Shown: piece by piece, positions 26,182-33,970 of the stretch
Layout: each line of letters opens with the position of its first letter
Numbering within the stretch: position 1 is the stretch's first letter
Origin: a virus
Lineage: Duplodnaviria; Caudoviricetes
Virus record (IMG/VR): IMGVR_UViG_3300037484_000770
Coordinates: 1 to 37,207 of that record
Length of the DNA stretch: 37,207 nucleotides
Strand: one strand, 5' to 3'
Notes under the pieces: model-generated
Seen by the model: only the letters and a program-made list of their open reading frames with translations
Told to the model about the DNA's origin: nothing
Database searches by the model: none
Made by a program: the position numbers and the translations under genes

Positions 26182-26979
26182 CTATGCCACCCGGAGAATA
26201 CGAGCACGCTCAACGCCCGCGAGCCACTCACCCACCCGGAGAATCTGATCCGCCGTTGCGTTGCTTTTGATCTGATTCGCTAGATCAGAGACGATCACCA
26301 CGTTTCCCGGTACATACCCAAGCGCGGGGATTACCCGATCAAGGGATGGCGAATCGGGCCGCTTCCCGTGCCCGCCCTTGTAGCCCCACTGCAACGGGAC
26401 GCCGAGAGCGGGGCAGGTCTCCGTCACGAGTTCCCTTAGGTCTTGCATCGTGAGGCTAAAGGGGACGCCGGCCGCTTCGGCGCGGCGCTTCGCGCCGCCC
26501 AGCATGTTGCTCAGCCTCGCGCTCCTTAGGTGCCGCTTCTTTTCGAGCGCCTTGGTGTAATGAGTTTCGCACTGGCCACCCCGGTAGGCCGGGGCGCCAC
26601 AGTAGATGCAACGCCCCTCAGATCGGTACAGGTCGCGGCGCCGACTTAGGTTGAGGCGCTGCCTCTCAAGGCAACTCGCGCACTTGGTATGGCCCGCTTC
26701 TGTCTGCCGCGCCCCACACGACGTACACAGGCCCTGCGCCCTGGCCCCCGCACGTGTGCGCGCGTGCCTGTTGTTGTTCTCCTTTTTGTGTTTGGCGCAA
26801 TAGACGCCACCAGCGGACGCTGAGCCACAAACGATACAGAGCCCAGCCGCCTTGCGCGCCTCGCGGGCGGCCCTTGCTTGGGTGCGGCACGAGATACACG
26901 TGGCCGACTCGGACTCTCCTCCGCACCTGACGCAGCGGTGAAGCGTCCGGAGACGTCTGTATCTTTCCGGCCCCGGCAT
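26182..26979 (-). CDS. Tandem Zn-finger plus HNH-like endonuclease
   Basis: Four CxxCG...CxxC/H units; C-terminal CPxLG...SLDRxxPxxGYxxGNVxxxSxxAN. Confidence 0.8.
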   Translation of the reverse strand: MPGPERYRRLRTLHRCVRCGGESESATCISCRTQARAAREARKAAGLCIVCGSASAGGVYCAKHKKENNNRHARTRAGARAQGLCTSCGARQTEAGHTKCASCLERQRLNLSRRRDLYRSEGRCIYCGAPAYRGGQCETHYTKALEKKRHLRSARLSNMLGGAKRRAEAAGVPFSLTMQDLRELVTETCPALGVPLQWGYKGGHGKRPDSPSLDRVIPALGYVPGNVVIVSDLANQIKSNATADQILRVGEWLAGVERARILRVA

Positions 26980-26983
26980 ACCT

Positions 26984-27013
26984 CCGCATCACCTGCCTAC
27001 GGTGCAGGGTCAA
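26984..27013 (-). promoter_or_regulatory. Putative late promoter copy D
   Basis: TTGAC-N17-tGATGCGg-4 nt-ATG(26979). Confidence 0.7.
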
Positions 27014-27144
27014 GGGCTCCACGCTTGCGGGTGCCAATCCCTTCCCAGGCGGCTCACGAGGATCGGGATCGTAGTCGGGCCACCAGACGCCGTTGCGCTT
27101 CCAGTAGACGACCACGCGATCGGCGACGTGGGTGGTACGGCGGG

Positions 27145-27393
27145 TCACGGGGGGCCAAAGTCGGTCGCGCACCCGTCGTCGCGGCGTTCGAGGCCGCACC
27201 CCCTGCATTCGTCCACGCGCACCGTTGGCTCGCCGAGGGCGTGCGGCCACTCGACGCGAAGCCGACGCCAAATATGCCACCCGAGGCGGCAGAGGAAGGG
27301 ACGGTGCTGCTCAAGCAGGAACGCCACGCGCGGGCCGAACGTCTCCACATTGTGACGGTAGCGAACCGCTGCGTTCGTTGTGCATGCCATCAC
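27145..27393 (-). CDS. Hypothetical small Zn-binding protein
   Basis: LCxxGWHxW...CxxCG motif. Confidence 0.5.
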   Translation of the reverse strand: MMACTTNAAVRYRHNVETFGPRVAFLLEQHRPFLCRLGWHIWRRLRVEWPHALGEPTVRVDECRGCGLERRDDGCATDFGPP

Positions 27394-28131
27394 TCACCCC
27401 CTCAAAAACGCATCGAGCCGACAGCCCTGGACGTGCTCCTGTGTACCGATACCCCGCGGTTTGCCGCAGCACGGGCACGAGTGAACGCTCGGGTGCTTGA
27501 ATTCGCCCCCGACCGGACCATGTGATTCGATCTCGCGCAGCAGCGCGACCAGTTCCCCTCGTTCGGCCCCCGCTCTTGCGTAGAGTGCCGCTGGTGACTC
27601 TCGCCCTGCCCCAAGGTCGCCCATTGCCTCGCGCGCGCCCTCGGCCCGATCCGCTTGCTTCTGAATTGCAGCGGCGTCGAATCCGGCTTCTGGCCGCACG
27701 AATCCGGCAAGGCTCTCAGCCTCATCGGCCACGACCCACGCCGCGTCGCGTACGCGTTCCAGGTATGCGTTGTGTTCCTCGAGATCCTCCCGTTCAGCTA
27801 TTAGGTGGGGCTCGGAAACCCTCCGAAGAGTCAACGTCTCGCCCTCGCGCTTCTCGATGCGGATCCACTCGCCGGGCGGCAGGATGCCGAGGTGCGCGAA
27901 CAGGTCAATCGAGTAGCGCACGCCATGAATCGTGACTTCGTTCCGTGTCGGGTCGAAGCGTTCCGCGTGAAGGGCGGTGATCAGGGCCTCTCGTTCTTCC
28001 CGTTCGGCGAGGAGGGCGATGACCGCATGGCTTAGGCCTGGGTCACGTTCGGCGCCCGCCCTGAGCGACGACGCGAGAGAGGCCATGGCCTCCGTTCTCC
28101 ATTGCTTGAGCTTCTCTTTCGGGATCGGCAT
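27394..28131 (-). CDS. Hypothetical protein
   Basis: GGAGG RBS before ATG 28131; C-terminal CPCC...H..GC. Confidence 0.65.
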   Translation of the reverse strand: MPIPKEKLKQWRTEAMASLASSLRAGAERDPGLSHAVIALLAEREEREALITALHAERFDPTRNEVTIHGVRYSIDLFAHLGILPPGEWIRIEKREGETLTLRRVSEPHLIAEREDLEEHNAYLERVRDAAWVVADEAESLAGFVRPEAGFDAAAIQKQADRAEGAREAMGDLGAGRESPAALYARAGAERGELVALLREIESHGPVGGEFKHPSVHSCPCCGKPRGIGTQEHVQGCRLDAFLRG

Positions 28132-28133
28132 CG

Positions 28134-28352
28134 CTAGTCCTCCTTCTTCCGTCGGCGATAGGCGCGCACCGTCGTGATGCCGTCGCTGGTACTGGACGGG
28201 AGCACCGTGCCGCAGAGCACGCAGCGGCAAATAACGACATCATCCACGACCGACCGAGGCTCCTCCCGGTACAAGTAGCTTAGTGTTATCCGTCTGGAGT
28301 GCCCTCGCCGGAAACATTGGGCACGGGTCGCTAACTTCCTAAGAAACCGCAT
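28134..28352 (-). CDS. Hypothetical small Zn-binding protein
   Basis: CxxxGH...CxxCG motif; tight packing. Confidence 0.55.
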   Translation of the reverse strand: MRFLRKLATRAQCFRRGHSRRITLSYLYREEPRSVVDDVVICRCVLCGTVLPSSTSDGITTVRAYRRRKKED

Positions 28353-28376
28353 CGCCTAGTCCCCCCGTTGGTCGCA

Positions 28377-28694
28377 TCACCCCTCCTTCCCGCGTATCTC
28401 GCTGGGGCGGGAGCCGTGGACCTCCAGCGTCTCCACCCTCCGTTGCCGACCGGATGAGGGCTGAGCGAGAGCCGGCGCGCGCGCCTGGGCGTGCTCGCCA
28501 CACCAGTCGGTAGGCCAATGAACCCCGTAGACCGGCCAGCGCTGGCACCGCACGACCGTCCGGATCTGCTCCCAGTCCTCGTCCTCGATTTGCTTCGGGA
28601 CGAAGCGTCCTAGCTCGCCTCCGAACGTCCTGATCCCCGGGTTGCCGTACTGGCACGTCCTGCATGTCGCCTCGGTCTTCGTCTCGTCGGGCAT
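28377..28694 (-). CDS. Hypothetical protein (CxxC...C...DWCGEH)
   Basis: Cys motif common in phage small proteins; GGAG RBS. Confidence 0.65.
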   Translation of the reverse strand: MPDETKTEATCRTCQYGNPGIRTFGGELGRFVPKQIEDEDWEQIRTVVRCQRWPVYGVHWPTDWCGEHAQARAPALAQPSSGRQRRVETLEVHGSRPSEIRGKEG

Positions 28695-28696
28695 CG

Positions 28697-28924
28697 TCAC
28701 TCCCCGTTGATCGTCTCGTGCAGCGTGAGTATCACCCGCTGAACTCCCCACTCGTCGCCTCGCCCCAAGTCCACCGTGTAGATTTTCTCAAGCAGCGTTC
28801 GGCCGCTCTCGATCTCGTCGGCCAGACACCGGAGAGCCTCCGCTGTCCGCTTGGGGTCGAGCCCAAACGGAAACGGTCCACAGCCGCCGCCGATCGCTGC
28901 GCAGTCCCTTGCCTGCATCGTCAC
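28697..28924 (-). CDS. Hypothetical protein
   Basis: AAGGAG RBS; coupled to neighbours. Confidence 0.6.
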   Translation of the reverse strand: MTMQARDCAAIGGGCGPFPFGLDPKRTAEALRCLADEIESGRTLLEKIYTVDLGRGDEWGVQRVILTLHETINGE

Positions 28925-29256
28925 TCCTTCCGCGTTTCTCTCGCCGCCAACGCGGCCACAGGTCGCTTATCCGGGGGAAGGCTCTGATCCCCGATGGCCC
29001 GCGATCGACGCCGCAACTCCCAGCAGGCCAGGATGTGCCCGGCTGCCAAGCGGGCGACGACGCCCGGATCCTCCCCTTTGTAGTTAAAGGGGATCGAGCA
29101 CCCGGGGCACAACGCCCGCCTAATCCGCCGAAGCGAATCGTTGCTTTCGGTCCGCAGCGCCCGGAACACGGCCATCATATCGGCCTCGGTGTGTTCGGTC
29201 GCCAACTGCTCCAGCGTCATCTCCGGCGCGTTTGCCTGCTGGTCTGTCGTCTCCAT
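28921..29256 (-). CDS. Hypothetical protein
   Basis: Operonic packing; protein-like composition. Confidence 0.6.
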   Translation of the reverse strand: METTDQQANAPEMTLEQLATEHTEADMMAVFRALRTESNDSLRRIRRALCPGCSIPFNYKGEDPGVVARLAAGHILACWELRRRSRAIGDQSLPPDKRPVAALAARETRKE

Positions 29257-29259
29257 GGT

Positions 29260-29829
29260 CTACCCCTTCCCTGCCGTCGGTGGTTCATCCAGCGACGGAA
29301 CAGCGACTTCGGTGAGGGCTTGCCTTCGTTGTGCCGCTCGTTGCCGGGCGCAGGATGCTGCGTCGTAGCTTCGGAACGGCGCCGGCACGTAGCCCCGCAT
29401 CCGCTCGCGGTACCCCGCACCGACTGCGCATCTTCGGCACTCGGGATACGCCCAGCCACCCGATTCGGGATTCGCGTACCGGGCACGGCCGCTTGCAATA
29501 CGGGCCTCTTGGCGATCCGCGCAATGCGCTGCGGCGAGGGTCGCGCCGAGAGGACATTGTATGTAGTCCCATTCGCGCAGTGGGCCCGTCGCTGGAGCTC
29601 GGAGCCTGAGCCGTAGGCCGCGACGGAAGGTGAATATGCCCGCCGCCCGCTTCGAGGGGTTGGCGCGTCGCTCGATGTGATAGATCGCCTCCAGGAATTT
29701 GCCGGCCAACCCCCGTGGGCGGTCGGCCTCCGCGACACGCCAGAGCAACTCCGCCACGTCGCGCGCCGAATACCTTGGCTTTGCGTCGATGTGGCGCCGG
29801 ATGCTCTGGGTGCCCGGGAGTAGCTTCAC
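29260..29829 (-). CDS. Hypothetical basic protein with Cys cluster
   Basis: GGAG RBS just after array 2; C...C...CxxC. Confidence 0.6.
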   Translation of the reverse strand: MKLLPGTQSIRRHIDAKPRYSARDVAELLWRVAEADRPRGLAGKFLEAIYHIERRANPSKRAAGIFTFRRGLRLRLRAPATGPLREWDYIQCPLGATLAAAHCADRQEARIASGRARYANPESGGWAYPECRRCAVGAGYRERMRGYVPAPFRSYDAASCARQRAAQRRQALTEVAVPSLDEPPTAGKG

Positions 29830-29850
29830 GCAGCGTTAGTCTCCATTGTA

Positions 29851-29913
29851 CTATCTACCGCCCATGCCTCGCCATGCCGCGCCTCGCCACGCCCTGCCCA
29901 GCCGCGCCACGCC
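29851..29913 (-). repeat. (GGC-NN)x10 array 2 with conserved 3' tail
   Basis: Minus strand NN = GT,GC,TG,AG,GT,GA,GC,AT,GA,AT, then GGGCGGTAGATAG. Confidence 0.9.
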
Positions 29914-29921
29914 GTAGCAGA

Positions 29922-30404
29922 TTACTTCGCCACTGCCATCCGCGGCAGTTGCTTCGGTGGCGCCAGCGACGCCGCGATCTCCTTCTGCGTCCCGCGCAGC
30001 GAGTCATAGGCCGCGGTAGCCAGGCGGCGCGCGTGATCGTTTACCTGCCGCTCCACTTGGTCGAGCTTCGTTGTGTCGACGGCCGCGAGATCCCCGACGG
30101 ACCGACGCACCCCCCGCGCGCCCTTCGTGAAGGTCTTGATGCCCTCCCGTGTCCGCTCCGCCTCCGTGAGGCGCTGAAGACCGATGCCCGCCACGGTGCG
30201 GAACTTGATGTTCGCCTCGCGGAGCATTGTGCTCCTGTATGCCCCCAGCACGGTGCGTATCCGGTTGCTTCGCGCGTCGAGTCGCGCGATCTCCGCCACC
30301 GCCGCGTAGCTGATCGTGTCCCCCGGCTTCACGTCGGGGAATGCCTCGCGGATCGCCTTCACATCCGGTTCCGTCGGAACGCCGCCAAGAAACACTTTCG
30401 CCAT
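29922..30404 (-). CDS. Unknown 160-aa protein flanked by GGC-NN arrays
   Basis: AGGAG RBS before ATG 30404. The longer track ORF merely reads through array 1. Possible wHTH-like N-terminal half plus helical C-terminus. Confidence 0.8.
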   Translation of the reverse strand: MAKVFLGGVPTEPDVKAIREAFPDVKPGDTISYAAVAEIARLDARSNRIRTVLGAYRSTMLREANIKFRTVAGIGLQRLTEAERTREGIKTFTKGARGVRRSVGDLAAVDTTKLDQVERQVNDHARRLATAAYDSLRGTQKEIAASLAPPKQLPRMAVAK

Positions 30405-30429
30405 TGGTCTATCTCCTGTGAGTACGGTG

Positions 30430-30492
30430 CTATCTACCGCCCATGCCTCGCCGTGCCATGCCTTGCCCTGCCGCGCCCGGCCATGCCCGGCC
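30430..30492 (-). repeat. (GGC-NN)x10 array 1 with conserved 3' tail
   Basis: Minus strand NN = CG,AT,CG,GC,AG,AA,AT,AC,GA,AT, then GGGCGGTAGATAG. Confidence 0.9.
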
Positions 30493-30585
30493 AAATCTTT
30501 TCGGCGATCCCTACGCCGGCAGCTCCGCCCGTCCGCCAGGGAGAGGGGCGAGTGACCGACAGGACGCAGTCCTTTGCCTGGTCAA

Positions 30586-30831
30586 TCACCTCACTGGAGC
30601 AGGAGTCCCAAATCCGCTCGCCCTGGAGTTGTCGAGCACCACGCGCCTTTGTCCCTTGATGACGTCCACGCGCTGCTCATCCAACCACACGCCGTCGACC
30701 TGGGTGCCGTCCTTCTTGACCGGAGGCTGCACGCAGACCTGACTGCACCCCGAGATGTAAATGCAGTAGCCCGTGACGATACCCGTGATACCCGTGATCT
30801 TGTCCTTCACCGCACGTCCCATTAGTTCCAT
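30586..30831 (-). CDS. Small conserved-looking phage protein (SH3-like)
   Basis: GxxVKDxITGxxGIVTG...GC...VQP...WxDE pattern; GGGAG RBS. Confidence 0.75.
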   Translation of the reverse strand: MELMGRAVKDKITGITGIVTGYCIYISGCSQVCVQPPVKKDGTQVDGVWLDEQRVDVIKGQRRVVLDNSRASGFGTPAPVR

Positions 30832-30868
30832 GGTTCTCCCTTGTGGTATTCGCTTCGGAAACTACACC

Positions 30869-31393
30869 TTACGCTGGCACCTCCTCGTCCTTTCCCGCCC
30901 GCCGCGGCGGTGGCCCAAGCGACGCCTCCATTGCCGCGTCTACCCCGCCCCCGCGCTCGCCGCAGTGACAGCCCTCGCGGCAGGGGGCGGGCGCTGGCAG
31001 CCGCATCGCCCCCGTGCTTGCGGGCCAGATCGTCACCTCGACGCGGGGATGCTTGCGATCGATCTCGCGCTCCACGAGGTAACGCCGCACCTGGCGATCG
31101 TTGGCGAGGAAGCCGGCCCCGGGTCTGCGCAACTTCGGGCGCGACACTTCGAGTGAATCGATAATCGCCTTCACGGGCGCATCCGTGTCCGAGCGCTCGT
31201 CCGCGAAGTAGACGCGGATCGAGACCTCGACCGGATCGGTTGTCGTCTCCCAGTGCGCGAGGCGGCGAGCCCGAAGCCCGTGAGCCGCAAGCGTGGCCGC
31301 GAATGCCCGCGCCTCCGGCTTCTTGGCCCAGGCGCCGCCATTCCAGCCGTTGCGGTTCTGGCCGCAGGGCTTGCCGGGGACGACATAGCTCAC
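30869..31393 (-). CDS. RusA-like Holliday junction resolvase
   Basis: VPGKP...N; VEVSIRVYF...DxDxxxKxxxDxL...NDxQV acidic motifs. Confidence 0.8.
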   Translation of the reverse strand: MSYVVPGKPCGQNRNGWNGGAWAKKPEARAFAATLAAHGLRARRLAHWETTTDPVEVSIRVYFADERSDTDAPVKAIIDSLEVSRPKLRRPGAGFLANDRQVRRYLVEREIDRKHPRVEVTIWPASTGAMRLPAPAPCREGCHCGERGGGVDAAMEASLGPPPRRAGKDEEVPA

Positions 31394-31401
31394 GGCGCGC
31401 C

Positions 31402-31635
31402 TCACGTGGTGGGCTCCGTCTTGAGGGAGCGGATGCGCTCGACCACCGCCGCGTAGTAGGGGTTCGGACCTACGGCCTGCGCCGCCCTCTCTAGCGCCGC
31501 GTTCTCTGCTGCGCGGATGGCGGAGGCGATGGGATTCCAAAGGGGCTCCATGCACTCACTGCACCCGCATATGTCGCCGAACTCGGCAAAGCGGAGATCG
31601 TCCACCAATGCCTTCGCGCGATCTTCCGGTGTCAT
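31402..31635 (-). CDS. Hypothetical protein
   Basis: AALERAA...IRSLK motif typical of small phage proteins. Confidence 0.6.
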   Translation of the reverse strand: MTPEDRAKALVDDLRFAEFGDICGCSECMEPLWNPIASAIRAAENAALERAAQAVGPNPYYAAVVERIRSLKTEPTT

Positions 31636-31844
31636 GGCTTCGAGCCTCCGTCGTCAAGGCGCTTCCCGGCGAGACGCCCGGCCCTGTCGTCGGCACGGAG
31701 CCCGCGCCGTATGTTCCACCGCACATCAAGATCCGAAAGCGTCTGCTCCAAGCCGCAGCGGCACGGTAGAACACCATCGCGCAGTTGACTATCGACGTCC
31801 CGCAGGACGGCACGCAGGCAGCGTATGCGATCCCTGAGCGTCAT
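31632..31844 (-). CDS. Hypothetical protein
   Basis: ATGA coupling at both ends. Confidence 0.5.
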   Translation of the reverse strand: MTLRDRIRCLRAVLRDVDSQLRDGVLPCRCGLEQTLSDLDVRWNIRRGLRADDRAGRLAGKRLDDGGSKP

Positions 31845-32197
31845 AGGCCGCCGCCTCCGTCGTTGTCAGTGGAGGGGAGACGGCCGAGGGAGCGGAGCAC
31901 TTCGATCCACCGACAGTTCAGGCACTCCCGGTCGTACTCTAGACACTGCTCACTCAGGAAGGGCCGCGCCTTCATGAGTATGTCCAACGCCTCCCCGAGC
32001 TTCCCCGCCTCAAGGGCCTCCGTACTGATTCCCGCGACCGCGTTGACCGCAGCGACGATGCGGTGGGCGTTGGCTCTAGAGGCTCCAGCCACAACGACCG
32101 GCGCATCGGGACTCTGCTCTGCTCCCACGCCGACGTCCCACACGTCGCCGGCATACGGCCACGTGTGCCACGGTTCCGGCGAATACCTCTCGCTCAT
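31841..32197 (-). CDS. Hypothetical phage protein
   Basis: SPEPW...ANAxRIVAAVNA motif; GAGGA RBS. Confidence 0.7.
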   Translation of the reverse strand: MSERYSPEPWHTWPYAGDVWDVGVGAEQSPDAPVVVAGASRANAHRIVAAVNAVAGISTEALEAGKLGEALDILMKARPFLSEQCLEYDRECLNCRWIEVLRSLGRLPSTDNDGGGGL

Positions 32198-32724
32198 TGG
32201 ATCCTCTTCCATGTCTTGTGGGTGACGATTCGCTGGATCGTTTTGCGGCTGACGCCGTACTGAGTCGCCAGTTCCAGCGACGAGATTCCGCGGCCGCAAG
32301 CATCGCGGATGCTCCGGACTCCTCCAGCCGTCACGCGCGAGGAATGGTGCCGCTCGCCCGCATACGTCCGCCCATGGCGCTCTTTGTCGGCGGCGTTCTC
32401 GGCCCTCGTTCCCCAGGCCAAATTCTCCACGGCGCAATGGGTGGGGGCGCCATCCAGGTGCCGGACCTCGTGCTTCGGAGATGGCAACGGAGGGAGGAAC
32501 GCAACAGCGACAAGACGGTGCACTCGGAGCTGCGCTCGTTTGCCGTCTGGTCCGACCAGCCGGACCCGCGGATAGCCACCCTTGTCGGGGAATGTCGCTA
32601 GCCTCCGAAGGAATGTGCCGCGCCATGCGTTGATCGACCAGACGCTCCCGTCGCGCGTGACGTAATAGCCTGGGAAACCATCCACTGGCACCGCTCCAGC
32701 CGGTAGCGAATGCGTCTCACTCAC
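32194..32724 (-). CDS. NUMOD4-HNH homing endonuclease with C-terminal HTH
   Basis: GFPGYxVxxDGxVWS, VHRLVAxAF, VRHLDG...NLxWGTxxEN, LAxxYGVS motifs. Confidence 0.9.
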   Translation of the reverse strand: MSETHSLPAGAVPVDGFPGYYVTRDGSVWSINAWRGTFLRRLATFPDKGGYPRVRLVGPDGKRAQLRVHRLVAVAFLPPLPSPKHEVRHLDGAPTHCAVENLAWGTRAENAADKERHGRTYAGERHHSSRVTAGGVRSIRDACGRGISSLELATQYGVSRKTIQRIVTHKTWKRIQ

Positions 32725-33022
32725 GGTGTGTCCCTCCTCCGTCGGCCAGCGCGCTCAGGTCGGGCGACTCAATCCTCCCGCCGGCAGCAGAGAAGGCCAG
32801 CAACGCGAAGCCGAGCAGCAGCATGGCGTCGTCGCTGCGCTCGACCCAGACACGAAACGCCGCCGCGTTGAGCTTCTCTTGTGCCTCTCTGACGGGATCG
32901 TGATCTCCCGCGTCGGCACAGGCTCGCCAGTTGTCGCAACAGGGATTCCGCCGGTGAGGCGTGCGCCCCGTGTTCGGAGAATTACAGACACCAACGGGAT
33001 CGCCATCAGTAGAGTTGCTCAC
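32717..33022 (-). CDS. Hypothetical protein
   Basis: Operonic packing. Confidence 0.5.
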   Translation of the reverse strand: MSNSTDGDPVGVCNSPNTGRTPHRRNPCCDNWRACADAGDHDPVREAQEKLNAAAFRVWVERSDDAMLLLGFALLAFSAAGGRIESPDLSALADGGGTHRE

Positions 33023-33158
33023 GGTGAATCCCTCCTCTCCCCCATCTTCAGCGCCTGAACTATTCTCGCGCCCGCGATTTCATGGTGTTTCGTGCGCTTC
33101 CGTGGCGGCAGTGCGGCGAGGTAGCCGATTACTACGCCGACCGCTAGAGCGAGAACAA

Positions 33159-33740
33159 TCACGGAGACGTCGAGATCGGGGGCCATAGAGCTTCCGTGGT
33201 TGACTTGGGGTAACCGTCGTGCTCGATCGTCTTCTTGAACGACACCCCATTTGCTGTGTGAAAGATCACGACACCCTCGGGCTTCATGAAGCCGGGGGCG
33301 GCGGCGCTGCCGTCGCGCTGGAGGGCGCCGAGGGCGAGGAGAATCGACACCGTGTCGAATGGCCCTCGCCACAGCACTGGCACCATGTGGCAGCACGCGG
33401 GCCTGCTCGCCTCGTCCGTGCCGCCCTCGCCCCACCGGGAGACGTTGAACAGGGAGAATCGTTTCACGGCGAGTCCGTAGCCGCGCTGGATCCCTTTACC
33501 CCACCACTCGCCGTGGTGCGAGCCGGGACCGAGTTTGAGTAGCTCGTTCTTGTTTGCCTCGACCCACGCCGCGAAACCGTGGTTGTCCTGCTGTGGGGTG
33601 ATCCACCGCGTGCGAGAACCGGCGAGGACTTCTCCGCCCTCGGTGATGTGCACCTGACCATTGGTGCCGTCTATTTTCTCGGTCACGATCACGTCGCGAG
33701 AGAGACGGGCGATCCTGGGGAATCCGACGAACGGAATCAT
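33159..33740 (-). CDS. ATP-dependent RNA ligase (Rnl2-like adenylyltransferase domain)
   Basis: TEKIDGTN (motif I), GEWxGxGIQ (III), FxLFN (IIIa), PEGVV (IV), FKK (V); GGAGG RBS. Confidence 0.88.
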   Translation of the reverse strand: MIPFVGFPRIARLSRDVIVTEKIDGTNGQVHITEGGEVLAGSRTRWITPQQDNHGFAAWVEANKNELLKLGPGSHHGEWWGKGIQRGYGLAVKRFSLFNVSRWGEGGTDEASRPACCHMVPVLWRGPFDTVSILLALGALQRDGSAAAPGFMKPEGVVIFHTANGVSFKKTIEHDGYPKSTTEALWPPISTSP

Positions 33741-33955
33741 GCCTCCACCTCCGCCATGATGCACTCAGGGTGATTGCAGTAACCGACCACCGGGTCTGCG
33801 TCCTTGCGGTAGCGGCGATGCGCCGTGGCGAGCGCCGTGTGTCCACAGGAGAGCCGGACCCGCGTCTGGTAGTGACCGTGGGTCGCGTCGTCGCGTACGC
33901 GCTCGCGGGCGAGGACCTCGACGACGATGCGGCGCTTGCCTCGGTGAGCCATCAC
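33737..33955 (-). CDS. Hypothetical Zn-ribbon protein
   Basis: LSCGH...CxxxxC motif; GAGGAGG RBS. Confidence 0.6.
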   Translation of the reverse strand: MMAHRGKRRIVVEVLARERVRDDATHGHYQTRVRLSCGHTALATAHRRYRKDADPVVGYCNHPECIMAEVEA

Positions 33956-33970
33956 CCCTCCTCGCGCAGT

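Noticed and set aside
28372-28379. Extra TGATGCGA match to the late promoter
   Set aside because: No TTGAC at the 17-nt spacing.
29851-30492. CRISPR array or simple microsatellite interpretation of the GGC-NN repeats
   Set aside because: There is no 25-40 bp repeat/spacer structure and no cas genes. The NN positions are heterogeneous while unit number and tail are fixed, unlike slippage repeats.
30405-30494. N-terminal extension MAGHGRARQGKAWHGEAW of track ORF 29922..30494
   Set aside because: It is a translation of array 1; a good RBS supports ATG 30404.
33159-33740. RNA ligase directly circularising hammerhead products
   Set aside because: Rnl2-type ligases need 5'-P and 3'-OH ends, whereas hammerheads give 5'-OH and cyclic phosphate, and no end-healing enzyme is visible.
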